From a virus, in IMG/VR virus record IMGVR_UViG_3300043640_000055, positions 1 through 48,763 of that record: a DNA stretch of 48,763 bases; one strand, written 5' to 3'. The translations under genes were made by a program, and so were the position numbers. Shown piece by piece: positions 16,037 through 26,087 of the stretch. Below the pieces are notes generated by a model. The model ran no database searches. It saw only the letters and a list, made by a program, of their open reading frames with translations, and was not told the DNA's origin. Position 1 is the stretch's first letter; every line of letters starts with the position of its first letter.

Positions 16037-17991
16037 TGACCAAGATCAGCGAACTTCCGGCAGGGGCTACACCGGACGGAACGGAGAAAGTCCCCGTCCT
16101 TCAGGGCGGCGCGACTGTCGCGCTGACGGCGGCGCAAATTGGGACATCTCCAGTAGGGCGGCCGTTCGTCATGCTGGTTACGGGGCAATCAAACCCTGTT
16201 CATGAACCGACCTTTGCAAACTCGCCCAACGCCAACGCGACGCGCTGGAATAACGCTCTCGGCACCGAGGGCAGCGTAGGGACGGCATACGCCGCACTCC
16301 CAACGACCACCATCAATGTCGGCGACAAGATCGCATCGGACGTTGCGGACGCTTTTACCATCAGGCCGGTGAAGGTCATCAATATCAGTTCCTCTGGGCA
16401 ACCCATCGCGCAATGGTTGTCGGGGGCAAGTACAGCGGGTGCCCTAGTAGACGTTTACGCGGAAATTCAGGCCAACATCGCTGCGGCGCTTGCTGCGGCG
16501 GGCGTCACGAAAATTGACGCCTTCGTGTGGTGGCAGGGCGAGAGCGATACTTCAAACGCTTCCTACGTCGCCAACTTCGCCACGATGATGACGCGGTTCT
16601 GGACCAACTCATGGTTCCCGCAGGAAACGCCAGTTCTGATATTCGGCATCGCGCCGACCTCGATCAGTGGCGATGTTGGGTCCAACAAGGTCAACAATTA
16701 TCTGCAAGCTATTGTTGGCGCGGACTCCGACAAGCGCAAATTCGTTTATACTGGCGCGCTTTCCGCCGCTGGTTACTGGGTCGATACCCTGCACATGACA
16801 GGGCAAGGCTATTATTCAGCGGGCGCGATGGCATCAGGCGCTTTCCTCAATGGTGTTGGTCGCGCGTCGTTTCAAGGTGTTATCCTCGATCCCGTAACCG
16901 GTTTCATGACCATCGGCTATCCGGTGACGCCGGATGCCCGCGTGACGATCTCGGGTAATACAGGGCTAAAGACCGGAGCAGCCGGAGCGGCAGTCCACGC
17001 TGCTGGAGCAGACGGCACTACTCAATCTTTCTTCTTTGATGCCTTCGGCGGATCGAACGCTTTAGTCTCTCGTCGTTGGGATGGCACATTCGACAGCTCA
17101 TTAGCCGTTGGCGCGGCCTTGCAGATATGGAGTTCGCAAGGATACGCATGGGATGGCTCAACGATTGCCAGCGCCGTCGCGACATTCGACGCTCTGACGG
17201 TTAATGCACAATCCGGTTCCGATCACAGCACGCGATACCGGATGCGCCTGACGCCGACGGGCAGCACCGCGCTTGCGGAGTATTTCAGTTTCGATCCTGG
17301 ATTTTTGACCATCTATGGCAAAACTTCGGGAAGCGTGAAGTTCGCGGTTCCGGATGTCGCTGGATCGAACACGATCACATGGCCTGCGGGGACGACGAAT
17401 TTCTCGGCGACCGGCGGAACATCTCAGGTGGTCAAGCAAACCGCCGCTGGCGGTGCGCTCACTGTCGGGCAGCTCGCCTTCTCGGATATCTCCGGAGCGG
17501 CCAATCTTACGTCTCAGGCAACGGGAACGCTCCCTGTCGCAAATGGCGGCACGGGCGTCACAACGACTGCTGCCGAGCAGGCCCGCATGTCCATTGGCAT
17601 GATGAGGGTGTCTATCACTGGCGTGAATTTCAATTCGGCCAATACCGACAATGTCATTGTGCTCCAGATGCCGAGCGACAGCACGCGGTTTTCGATTTAT
17701 CGCGCGTTGATCTACCATGCCTCGGGAACGCTTACGACCTCCACTGTCGGACTTTATACAGCGTCCAGCGCTGGTGGGTTGGCGCTGATACCGGCGGCGA
17801 CAGCCGTCACGGTGTCAACCGCAGCTGACGCGACGGCGAACAATGGACAGAGCATAACAGGCGCAAACTTCGGAACGACCGTAGTAGCCGCGTCTATGGC
17901 GACCCCGAATACGATATATTTTCGCATTCAAACCCCGCAGGGGGCGGCCCAAACGGCAGACATATTGATCGATTATTTCACGATGCCGTAG
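16036..17991 (+). CDS. Tail fibre with SGNH/sialate-O-acetylesterase-like (DUF303-type) domain
   Basis: N-terminal ISELPAGATPDGTEKVPVLQ fibre motif. LVTGQSNPV and FVWWQGESDTSN match the GQSN / WxQGESD esterase signature. Confidence 0.75.
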   Translation: MTKISELPAGATPDGTEKVPVLQGGATVALTAAQIGTSPVGRPFVMLVTGQSNPVHEPTFANSPNANATRWNNALGTEGSVGTAYAALPTTTINVGDKIASDVADAFTIRPVKVINISSSGQPIAQWLSGASTAGALVDVYAEIQANIAAALAAAGVTKIDAFVWWQGESDTSNASYVANFATMMTRFWTNSWFPQETPVLIFGIAPTSISGDVGSNKVNNYLQAIVGADSDKRKFVYTGALSAAGYWVDTLHMTGQGYYSAGAMASGAFLNGVGRASFQGVILDPVTGFMTIGYPVTPDARVTISGNTGLKTGAAGAAVHAAGADGTTQSFFFDAFGGSNALVSRRWDGTFDSSLAVGAALQIWSSQGYAWDGSTIASAVATFDALTVNAQSGSDHSTRYRMRLTPTGSTALAEYFSFDPGFLTIYGKTSGSVKFAVPDVAGSNTITWPAGTTNFSATGGTSQVVKQTAAGGALTVGQLAFSDISGAANLTSQATGTLPVANGGTGVTTTAAEQARMSIGMMRVSITGVNFNSANTDNVIVLQMPSDSTRFSIYRALIYHASGTLTTSTVGLYTASSAGGLALIPAATAVTVSTAADATANNGQSITGANFGTTVVAASMATPNTIYFRIQTPQGAAQTADILIDYFTMP

Positions 17992-18018
17992 GCCTCACCA
18001 AACGCCCTTCATAATCTC
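17980..18018 (+). repeat. 39-bp perfect direct repeat, copy 1 (acgatgccgtaggcctcaccaaacgcccttcataatctc)
   Basis: Read directly. Spans the last codons and stop of the esterase fibre gene plus 27 nt identical to the reverse-complemented 3' end of gene 27610..27804. Confidence 0.95.
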
Positions 18019-18044
18019 CCCCCCGACCATCAAGAGGACAGACC

Positions 18045-18356
18045 GTGCCTCAATCGTCTTTTTCTAGCCCCAACTATATCCCCGGCGACTTCTGGCGCAT
18101 TTGCGACCGCTGCGGCTTCCGTTATCGCTCAAGCCAGACCTTCAAGACATGGGATGGCCTTTTCGTCTGCCGTGAAGACTTCGAAACCCGCCATCCGCAG
18201 GATTTCGTCCGGGGCCGCAAGGATCTTCAGAATGTCCCCAATCCAAGGCCGGATTCGGATGGACCGTTCATTGGTCCAACGGAAGCGATCCAGACCGAGC
18301 TTGGCGTCAATCTCCAGACCGAGGGCGGATTTTATTTAATGGTTGAGGCCCGATGA
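18045..18356 (+). CDS. Small Cys-containing virion-module protein (103 aa)
   Basis: GTG start. ICDRCGFRY...FVCREDFETRHPQDF. Confidence 0.55.
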   Translation: MPQSSFSSPNYIPGDFWRICDRCGFRYRSSQTFKTWDGLFVCREDFETRHPQDFVRGRKDLQNVPNPRPDSDGPFIGPTEAIQTELGVNLQTEGGFYLMVEAR

Positions 18357-19057
18357 GCACTTCCGGAACAGCGACCTTCAGTCGCAACCGCGATCAGCTG
18401 ATTAAATCAGCTCTGCGAAAATGCAGCGCGTTCGAATCCGGCGAAACCCCGGACAGTGACAGCATTCAGGACGCCTCCGACGCGCTCAACGCCATGATTA
18501 AGCACTGGCAGGCGTCGGGTATTCATATCTGGCGCATGGCAGAAGCCACGTTGACGCCCGTCATCGGTCAAGCCAGCTATTCACTCGGGACCGTTCCGTC
18601 TGAGAAGCCCCTGAAGATCACCTCCGCGCGGCGCTTCAACACGACAAGCTTGATTGATGTGCCATTGCAGGAGATGGACCGCATCGAATACCAGGAGATG
18701 CCAAACAAGACCACGACGGGCGCGGTTAATAGCTTTTTCTATGACCGCAGGGCGGCGACAAACGCAACAGGCTTAATCTACCTTTGGCCGGCGCCGGAAA
18801 CCACTGACGAGGTGATAAAATACACCTACGCGCGGCCCATTCAGGATTTCAATGCAGCGGGTGACGACGCAGACTTTCCGCCAGAGTGGACAAGGGCCGT
18901 CGAATGGGGCTTGGCCGATGAACTTGCCGACGAATACGACGTTCCGGAACCCAAGCGAACCCGGATCGAGCGCAGGGCCGCACAATATCTTGCCGAGGTC
19001 AATTGGTGGGAACGCGAACTGACCTCGATTGAATTTGTGCCAGACAACGGTCGATGA
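18353..19057 (+). CDS. Head-to-tail adaptor, P22 gp4-like
   Basis: RDQLIKSALRKCSAFESGETPDSDSIQDASDALNAMIKHWQASGI parallels P22 gp4 GDLVRAALRKLGV...SMQDAVDDLEAMMAEW. Confidence 0.65.
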   Translation: MSTSGTATFSRNRDQLIKSALRKCSAFESGETPDSDSIQDASDALNAMIKHWQASGIHIWRMAEATLTPVIGQASYSLGTVPSEKPLKITSARRFNTTSLIDVPLQEMDRIEYQEMPNKTTTGAVNSFFYDRRAATNATGLIYLWPAPETTDEVIKYTYARPIQDFNAAGDDADFPPEWTRAVEWGLADELADEYDVPEPKRTRIERRAAQYLAEVNWWERELTSIEFVPDNGR

Positions 19058-20460
19058 AGATCCCCTTCGCCGTTAATTCGTACAAAAGCCCGTCGCTTCC
19101 AGTCTCGGCTCAGCGTGTGGTCAATATGTACGCCGAAAAGCAGCCGCCGGATGCCAAGACGGACGTTGCTGTGTTCGGTCATCCCGGCATTATTGAGTTT
19201 GCGGTTTGCGGATCAGGTCCGGTGCGCGGCGCTCACAAGATGGGCGGCATTCCGTATTTTGTCTCGGGCTCACGGCTCTATTCGGTTTCGTCAACGGGTG
19301 TTGCAACCGATATCGGCGGGTCGATATCCGGCACTAGCCCGGTGACGATGGACGACAACGGAACGCAACTCGTCATCACGAACGGAACCAACGGCTATCT
19401 CTACAGCACCACGCTCGGCTTTGTCCTGATATCGGATGCGGATTTCAACGCCGCTGAGACCGTGCAGTTCTTCGATCAGAAGTTTTATTTCGACTGGAAA
19501 AACACCAACAAGTTCTTTGGCTCCGATACGCTGGACGGCACATCCTATAACGCCCTTGTGTTTGCGTCGGCGGAAACGCGCCCGGATAACGTCAAGGCGC
19601 TTGTCCTTAACAAGCAAATCCTTTTGGTGTTTGGCGAAACCACGATTGAGCCATGGCAGGACATCGGCGCAGCCAACTTTCCGTTGGAGCGCGTTCCAGG
19701 CGTTGTGATCGAGCGGGGGTTGGCTGCACCGAGAGCAACCGCGAAGGAGGACAATTCGGTTTTCTTCCTTGGTGAAGATCGGCGCTTTTATCGGCTGGAT
19801 GGGCTTACTCCGGTCGGGATCAGCACGCCAGCGATCGACGCGGAATGGCAGGGCTACAGCACGGTATCGGATGCCTACTGTCTTTCGTATCCGTGGAACG
19901 GTCACAAGTTTGTCGTGGTGCACTTTCCCACCGCGAACAAAACATGGGTCTGGGATATCTCGGTTGGCCTTTGGCATGAGCGTGAATCCTGGGACAGCAA
20001 CGGGCGGTTTCTTGGTCGATGGATGGGGAACTGCATCGTTCCCTGCTATGATAAAATCCTGGTCGGAGATGCCTATTCCGGCAAGATCGGATATCTGGAC
20101 GCATCGACCTACACGGAATTTGGCAACACCACGCAAGCGCTTGTTACTTCGCCTCCGATCCATGCAGACCGGAAGCGGCTGTTCATCTCCCGTCTTGAGG
20201 TGGACATTGAGGCTGGCGTAGGCATCGCGACAGGGCAGGGCTCCGATCCGCAATGGATGATGCGTAATTCCAAAGACGGCGGGCGAACCTATACCACGCG
20301 GCAAATCTGGCGATCGGCGGGCGCCATCGGGCAATACCGGACAAGGCTTCGTTGGTTGAAACTCGGGCAGGCCAGAGAGCGGGTTTTCGAGCTAACCACG
20401 ACTGATCCCGTCAAGCGAACTATCATCGCTGCGAACGGTGACGGGTATATCGGCCAATGA
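19054..20460 (+). CDS. Tail hub, P22 gp10-like
   Basis: 468 aa versus 472 aa for gp10. Colinear matches: VNMYAEKQ/VNMLATPK, TTIEPWQDIGA/STIEYFSLTGA, LEVDIEAGVG/LEVESSTGV, SKDGGRTY/TTDGINYG. Confidence 0.75.
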   Translation: MKIPFAVNSYKSPSLPVSAQRVVNMYAEKQPPDAKTDVAVFGHPGIIEFAVCGSGPVRGAHKMGGIPYFVSGSRLYSVSSTGVATDIGGSISGTSPVTMDDNGTQLVITNGTNGYLYSTTLGFVLISDADFNAAETVQFFDQKFYFDWKNTNKFFGSDTLDGTSYNALVFASAETRPDNVKALVLNKQILLVFGETTIEPWQDIGAANFPLERVPGVVIERGLAAPRATAKEDNSVFFLGEDRRFYRLDGLTPVGISTPAIDAEWQGYSTVSDAYCLSYPWNGHKFVVVHFPTANKTWVWDISVGLWHERESWDSNGRFLGRWMGNCIVPCYDKILVGDAYSGKIGYLDASTYTEFGNTTQALVTSPPIHADRKRLFISRLEVDIEAGVGIATGQGSDPQWMMRNSKDGGRTYTTRQIWRSAGAIGQYRTRLRWLKLGQARERVFELTTTDPVKRTIIAANGDGYIGQ

Positions 20461-20900
20461 GCATTTCAGCCGCGGCCACGGGAACGCCAATCCAAAAGCC
20501 GAACGGCGTGTTTCCGTTCGTTGATGTGACGACGGGTTGCCTTAGTGAGCACGGACTACAGATGCTCAGCCAATACTATAATTTTATCGTCGGGATGAAC
20601 CGGCTCACGCCATGCAATGCGAGTGGCACGAATGTTGTCACGCTAACGCCGCTGACCGCCTCGCCGCTGATCGAAAAGTACGTTGACTTTGAGGTGTTCA
20701 CGTTCGTTGCGGCGAACAGTTCAAGCGCGTCAGTGACCATGACGGTAGTTCCCAAGAGCGGCACACTGGCGACGTTGAAGGCATTCAAATCGAGCGGGGC
20801 AACGCAGGCCGGGTCAGGCGATCTTGTCGCGGGTTCGCTTTATCTCGCAATCTACAATGACGCACTGGACGCAGGGGCAGGAGGCTTTGTTATCAAGTGA
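20457..20900 (+). CDS. Tail-associated protein (147 aa)
   Basis: ATGA-coupled to the gp10-like gene. Confidence 0.5.
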   Translation: MSISAAATGTPIQKPNGVFPFVDVTTGCLSEHGLQMLSQYYNFIVGMNRLTPCNASGTNVVTLTPLTASPLIEKYVDFEVFTFVAANSSSASVTMTVVPKSGTLATLKAFKSSGATQAGSGDLVAGSLYLAIYNDALDAGAGGFVIK

Positions 20901-21337
20901 GTGGCGCGCTCGATGCATTCATGACGATGCTTAACCAGCCGTCGCCGTCACAGAATGATATCTACCAGCGTAACGCTCCATATGTCGCGCCCGGAGCGAG
21001 TGGCTTCAACACCCGGCTAGACCCTCTGCAAGAGATGATGTTTCAGAAGTGGGTCACACAGAACAACGTGCCGTTTAATCCGAACGGCGGGGCCGTGCAG
21101 GACTACGATATGCGCGGCTTCTACAGCGCATTGCAGAGCGGCCATCCGAAAGCAGTTTCAGCGGTCAACCAAAACGACGGCCAGATGCACTATCCGGACT
21201 ATTGGAAGACGCCCTATCACGAATCTTTCTCAGGTGAGAGCCAATGGGCAGGGCCGGTCGCGCCGCAGTGGAATGACAAGGACCAGCTTGTCGCGCCGGG
21301 TGGCCGCATTCTGTACGACGAACGAAAGCGCAAATGA
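20897..21337 (+). CDS. Virion-module protein (146 aa)
   Basis: GTGA-coupled. DYDMRGFY...HYPDYWKTPYHESFSGES motif. Confidence 0.5.
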   Translation: MSGALDAFMTMLNQPSPSQNDIYQRNAPYVAPGASGFNTRLDPLQEMMFQKWVTQNNVPFNPNGGAVQDYDMRGFYSALQSGHPKAVSAVNQNDGQMHYPDYWKTPYHESFSGESQWAGPVAPQWNDKDQLVAPGGRILYDERKRK

Positions 21338-21801
21338 TCGCCACCATCCGCCCGGCAGAACCGAAAGACCTGATCGAGATTATCGACATGGGCCGGGAGT
21401 TCTTTGAGCAATCCGGCAATGGCGCATTCACGACCTTTGACGAGCCGTCGTTTACTTCGACCGTGATTGGCCTGATGAGCGGTGTTGCCAATGGGACTTT
21501 GCTGGTCGCGGAATCGGCTGAAAGGTCGGTCGGGATGGCGGCGCATGTCGTGTTCCCATTCTATGCGAACATGAACACAAAAATCGCGCAGGAAATTTTC
21601 TGGTATTGCAAACCTGATTTTCGAAACGGCATCGGGAGCGCGCTCCTTGATGAATTAGAGGCTGATGCAAGGCGCAAGGGTGCGGACGTGTTCATGTCCG
21701 CTGCTATTGCGGGGCTAAGAGACGGGGCAATCCGCCGCGTCTATGAGCGGCGCGGATACAAACCCGCCGAACATACATTTTTGCGAAGGCTCTCTTCATG
21801 A
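21334..21801 (+). CDS. GNAT-family N-acetyltransferase
   Basis: Motif A RNGIGSALLDELEADARRKGA and C-terminal YERRGYKP. ATGA-coupled on both sides within the virion module. Confidence 0.7.
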   Translation: MIATIRPAEPKDLIEIIDMGREFFEQSGNGAFTTFDEPSFTSTVIGLMSGVANGTLLVAESAERSVGMAAHVVFPFYANMNTKIAQEIFWYCKPDFRNGIGSALLDELEADARRKGADVFMSAAIAGLRDGAIRRVYERRGYKPAEHTFLRRLSS

Positions 21802-22490
21802 TCGGTACCGGACTTGCAATTCTGGCTGCTGGCGCTCTCGGTGCCGGCGCGTCGATGTATGGGGCGAGCAAGTCGTCTGATGTTCAGCAACAGGCGGCGG
21901 CGCGTGCGGAACAGCTTCAGCGCGATCAGATGCGCCAGAACCAGGACAACGCCCAGCCGTTCATTACGGGCGGGCAGGGCGCCAGCAATCTGCTTCAGTC
22001 GTTCTATGGGTTGGGCGGCGATCCGGCGCTTGGTCAAAGCGCGCTGGCAAGGTTCCAGCAGTCCCCGGATTATACGTTTGCCCTCAAGGGCGGATCTGAT
22101 GCGCTGGACAATTCCGCTGCTGCAAAGGGCGGTGTGCTCAGCGGGAATGCGATCAGGGCTCAGACCGAATATGGGTCGGGGCTGGCGACGCAAAATCTTC
22201 AGGGCTATCTCGGTCGGCTTTCCACCATGGCGGGGCAGGGCATTACGGCAGCCGGCACGGTTTCCGGCGCAAACACGGTTGGCGCGAACAACGCAGGCAA
22301 TTCCGCGATGGCTGGCGGGACGGCACAAGCCGCCGGGATCAATGGCATGGTGGGCGGGCTCAATACCGGGCTTAACTCGCTCTCGCTCTATAACCAGATG
22401 AGCAAGAGTTCATACGGCGGTTCTAGCGGATATCTTCCCGCCACGGGCGGGACGGGTCTAAGTCTCTCAGGAACGGGAGGCCTGTACTGA
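21798..22490 (+). CDS. Internal virion/ejection protein (Gly-rich, N-terminal TM)
   Basis: N-terminal span MIGTGLAILAAGALGAGASMYG, Gly/Ala/Asn-rich body, and the position equivalent to the P22 E-proteins. Confidence 0.55.
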   Translation: MIGTGLAILAAGALGAGASMYGASKSSDVQQQAAARAEQLQRDQMRQNQDNAQPFITGGQGASNLLQSFYGLGGDPALGQSALARFQQSPDYTFALKGGSDALDNSAAAKGGVLSGNAIRAQTEYGSGLATQNLQGYLGRLSTMAGQGITAAGTVSGANTVGANNAGNSAMAGGTAQAAGINGMVGGLNTGLNSLSLYNQMSKSSYGGSSGYLPATGGTGLSLSGTGGLY

Positions 22491-23866
22491 TGGCAATCAT
22501 TGACAACACGCTTGCCGCGCAAGTCCCGCAGTTCAACCCGGCAACTCCTCTTGCACAGGCCGCGCAAATACAGAATGCGCAAGCGGAAGCGCAGGCCAAT
22601 CAGTTCAAGCAGAACCAGACCGAAATGGGCGCTGAAATGCGCAGCCTTCAGCCGTTCGTCAACACTCCTGAATTTCCAGCGAAATGGGCTCAGGCCGCCG
22701 ATCGGTTGCGCCAGCGTGGCGTTATCGACGATCAGATGCATGAGCAATGGGCGAATGCACCGTCTCCGTTGCTCATGAAGTCGATCATTGCGAAGACGGA
22801 AGACCCGGCGCTGAGCTTCCGGAAGGATGAGGCCAAGCGAGAGCAGGGCAATACCGATCGTTCATTTGGGTTGCAAAAGACCAATGCTGACCGGACTTAT
22901 GGGCTGGCTGTTCGCGCTGCCGATCGCCTTGATGACCCGACGCCGGACGGGTTTGAAGCGAACCCCCTCGCCAAGACCGACGCGACCCAGCCGAAATATA
23001 TGCCTCTCTCGGGCGGCCCGAATGACCCGAATTATCTTCAATCCGCTGCCGCAGCGAAGGCCAAAATCCCCCGCATTCTTGCACCCGGCGAGGCTGTGGT
23101 GGACATGGGCACGGGGACGGAGACTTATAAAAACGCGGGCAAGGGCGGCGAAGGTGGCCCGCTTCCGCCTGAGACGGCTGATTTTGCTGCTGAACAAATC
23201 CTGTTGGGGGCGAAGGGTGTCAAGACCGGCTACGGCCGCGGCGCTCAGGGGCCGGAAGCTATCGCTCAAATTGATGCTGCCGTGGCGCGCAAGGCCAAGG
23301 AGCGCGGGATTACCGCCGCCGATCTTGTCCAGCGTGGGATTGATCTCGTTGGTGATACCGGCCGCGAACGAACAGCCGCGACGCAGGAAGGCCGCATGGC
23401 GTCGGCTGGCATTGAAGCGCAAGGCGCGATCAAGCTGGGCAAGGAGGCGTCCGACCTGGTGCCGCGTACAAGCTGGGTGCCGGTCAACAAGGCCATTCAG
23501 GCTTATCAGTCCAATACCAGCGATCCGAATTTGAAGCGGTTCGGCGCCGCCAACTTGACGATCATCAATACCTATGCCCGCGCGATCAACCCGAATGGTG
23601 TCGGCACCGTCGCGGACAAGGAACACGCCTCCGAAATGCTGCGGACGGCGGATGGCCCGGAAGCCTATAATGCCGTGCTCGATCAGTTGAATAAAGAAAT
23701 CGAGATGGCCCACAAGTCGCCGGCACTGGCGCGCAAGAGTTTCAAGGAGGAACGTGCGTCACGCACGGGGACCAAACTTCCGGCCCCCGATCGGTTCAAG
23801 CAACTGACCGGAACGGGCCTCTCCAAGGACGAGGCCTATTCCAAGATGCATGAGGAAGGCTACTGA
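22490..23866 (+). CDS. Internal virion/ejection protein (458 aa)
   Basis: Coupled starts and stops; position after the gp10-like gene. Confidence 0.55.
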   Translation: MAIIDNTLAAQVPQFNPATPLAQAAQIQNAQAEAQANQFKQNQTEMGAEMRSLQPFVNTPEFPAKWAQAADRLRQRGVIDDQMHEQWANAPSPLLMKSIIAKTEDPALSFRKDEAKREQGNTDRSFGLQKTNADRTYGLAVRAADRLDDPTPDGFEANPLAKTDATQPKYMPLSGGPNDPNYLQSAAAAKAKIPRILAPGEAVVDMGTGTETYKNAGKGGEGGPLPPETADFAAEQILLGAKGVKTGYGRGAQGPEAIAQIDAAVARKAKERGITAADLVQRGIDLVGDTGRERTAATQEGRMASAGIEAQGAIKLGKEASDLVPRTSWVPVNKAIQAYQSNTSDPNLKRFGAANLTIINTYARAINPNGVGTVADKEHASEMLRTADGPEAYNAVLDQLNKEIEMAHKSPALARKSFKEERASRTGTKLPAPDRFKQLTGTGLSKDEAYSKMHEEGY

Positions 23867-26058
23867 TGGCTGAGTTCGATCCCAAAGAGTTCGAAGCCGT
23901 CAAGTCGAAGCAGGCTGAGTTCGATCCCAAGGAATTTGCTGACGTTGGCGCAAACGGACGCCCGCGCGTCGTCATCAGCACCAGGCCCGATATCGGACAA
24001 GGCCGGGCGGCTCTTGAAGGCGCGCTTCAGGGCGCCAGCGCCAATTTCTCGGATGAGATTTACGGAGCTTCCAAGGCCTCTGGACTGCCTGATTGGATGG
24101 GTGGCTTCCGTGCCCCGGTTGGGGCTGCAAAACTCGCCTATGAAGGCGTGACGGGCCAGAACGACCCGAAATATGCCGGGAGCCTTCCCGATGTTCTTGG
24201 CGTGCCGGCGCCGACCGAGCCGCCCAAACGAGGAGAGGCCACCAAGATTTATGAGGAGGAGGTAGCCAACAAGCGCCAAGTCCTGAAAGATGCCGCAGAG
24301 CAGTATCCAAAAACCTATCTTGCTAGTGAGCTTGCGGGTGGGCTTGCGCTGCCCGTGGGTGCGGGTGGACAAGCGGCGACCATTCCACTGCGCGCCGCTG
24401 AAATGGCAAAGACCGGGGCCATCTATGGCGCCGCAGCGGGTGCTGGATCAGGAGAGGGCCTAACCGATAGCGCCGTGAAGGCTGGCGTGGGTGGGATAGC
24501 TGGCGGCGTTGTCGGTGCTGTCGCCGCTCCTGTCATGGAAGGCGTTGGCGCTGGCCTAAAATACGGATGGGAAAAGGGTGTTGCTGGTCCCGTTCGTGCG
24601 GCGATCAACCCCGAGGAGGCCGCCCTTAAGAAATTCGGTACCGCCGTCAAGCAGGACGCCAATATTGATCCAACCGCTCAAGGCCGTCTTACTCCTGCCG
24701 AGATGGCCGGGAGCGATACCGCTATGTTGGGCGACATGGGCGGGCCGGTTACCCGTCGTCTGGCGGATACCGCGGCTATCGTTCACCCCGAAACGGGCGG
24801 GGCACTCAACAAGGCCCTGACCGATCGCGCGGAAGGCCAGTTTGATCGCATCTCGGATTGGCTGAAAGGGACATTCAATTATCCGAACATTGCGCTTCAG
24901 AAAGAGGCCATTCAGAAAGCCGGAACCGAGGTCAATAGCGAGCGCTACAAGCGGGCCATGACTGACGGAGCCGGTGGAGTATGGTCGCCGGAATTGCAGC
25001 GGCTGGCGGGTTCGCCAAGCATTCAGGATGCTGCATACGGGGCCATCAAGGGTCTTCAGGATCGGGGTATCTCAGAAGGATTCCGGTCGCCTCGCTCGAT
25101 GCCCTTGGAGTTCAATCCGGATACGGGGCGCGCGACACTCGCCAAGACGGCGAACGGCAATGAGATTGTCCCAGATTTGCGGTTCTGGGATCAGGTCAAG
25201 CGCAATTTAGATGCCGGAATCGACAAGGCCGATCGGGCTGGTGACCGTGAGGCCGTTTCTCGGCTTACCGGCCTGAAGAAAAGCCTTGTCTCCGAACTGG
25301 ACAATGCCGTTCCGAGCTACGCCAAGGCCCGCGCGGGTGCCGCGCATTTCTTCGGTGAGGAAAACGCACTTGATGCCGGTAAGAGCTTCGTCACGAACAA
25401 TAAGGTAACCAACGACGAGGCGCGGCGCGAACTGGCGGCCATGAAGCCGAACGAACGCCAACTGTTTCAAGATGGGTTTGTCTCTCAATATCTCGAAACT
25501 TTGAGCCGGGTGGGAGATCGTCGGAACATCCTCAACAAGATTGCCGACAATCCGAACGCAAGAGAACGGCTTGAGATTGTCATGGGCAAGGAAAAATATG
25601 CGGAGTTCGATACCAAGCTTCGCATTGAGGGCATTCAGCAGCTCGCCAAGGACGCCATTCAGGGCAACTCATGGACGGCACGGCGATTGACGGATCTAGG
25701 TTTGATCGGCGGCGGCGGCATTGCGTCGATGGGCACTTACAACATGGACCCGAAGGAAATGGTGACGGGCGCGGTAATCGCCGCTCTCGCTTCAGGTGGC
25801 AAACGGATTGACGCGCGTGTCTCGCAGAAAATCGGCGAGATGTTCATGTCCAAAGACCCGATGCTGATGGACCGGGCGCTAAAGCTGGTTTCGAATAATC
25901 CCATCATGCGAAAGTCGCTGATCGATATGGACAAGCGCATCGTCGCTTCTGGTGCTGAGCGACCTCCGGGGAATGTCCCTGCTATCTCTGGACCACAGCC
26001 GGTTAGTCCAGTAGCCGCCCAAGAAGATAGCCCAAGCGCTCCAGGGCCAGCCTACTAA
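23866..26058 (+). CDS. Large internal virion/ejection protein (730 aa)
   Basis: Position and size. Gly/Ala-rich hydrophobic stretch AAAGAGSGEGL...GGIAGGVVGAVAAPV. N-terminal duplicated AEFDPKEF. Confidence 0.55.
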   Translation: MAEFDPKEFEAVKSKQAEFDPKEFADVGANGRPRVVISTRPDIGQGRAALEGALQGASANFSDEIYGASKASGLPDWMGGFRAPVGAAKLAYEGVTGQNDPKYAGSLPDVLGVPAPTEPPKRGEATKIYEEEVANKRQVLKDAAEQYPKTYLASELAGGLALPVGAGGQAATIPLRAAEMAKTGAIYGAAAGAGSGEGLTDSAVKAGVGGIAGGVVGAVAAPVMEGVGAGLKYGWEKGVAGPVRAAINPEEAALKKFGTAVKQDANIDPTAQGRLTPAEMAGSDTAMLGDMGGPVTRRLADTAAIVHPETGGALNKALTDRAEGQFDRISDWLKGTFNYPNIALQKEAIQKAGTEVNSERYKRAMTDGAGGVWSPELQRLAGSPSIQDAAYGAIKGLQDRGISEGFRSPRSMPLEFNPDTGRATLAKTANGNEIVPDLRFWDQVKRNLDAGIDKADRAGDREAVSRLTGLKKSLVSELDNAVPSYAKARAGAAHFFGEENALDAGKSFVTNNKVTNDEARRELAAMKPNERQLFQDGFVSQYLETLSRVGDRRNILNKIADNPNARERLEIVMGKEKYAEFDTKLRIEGIQQLAKDAIQGNSWTARRLTDLGLIGGGGIASMGTYNMDPKEMVTGAVIAALASGGKRIDARVSQKIGEMFMSKDPMLMDRALKLVSNNPIMRKSLIDMDKRIVASGAERPPGNVPAISGPQPVSPVAAQEDSPSAPGPAY

Positions 26059-26087
26059 CGACATCACCACCACGAAATAAACGAGGG

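Noticed and set aside
19291-23713. Long minus-strand ORFs (19291..20334, 21741..22328, 22862..23713) and the alternative + frames 21814..22401 and 22827..23534
   Set aside because: They are antisense or off-frame to the gp10-like and ejection-protein genes, with low-complexity Arg/Pro-rich translations.
23869-23938. Direct repeat ggctgagttcgatcccaa(a/g)ga(g/a)tt 45 nt apart
   Set aside because: It lies inside the N-terminus of the 730-aa ejection-type protein and is in frame (AEFDPKEF twice). This is a small intragenic duplication, not a regulatory element.
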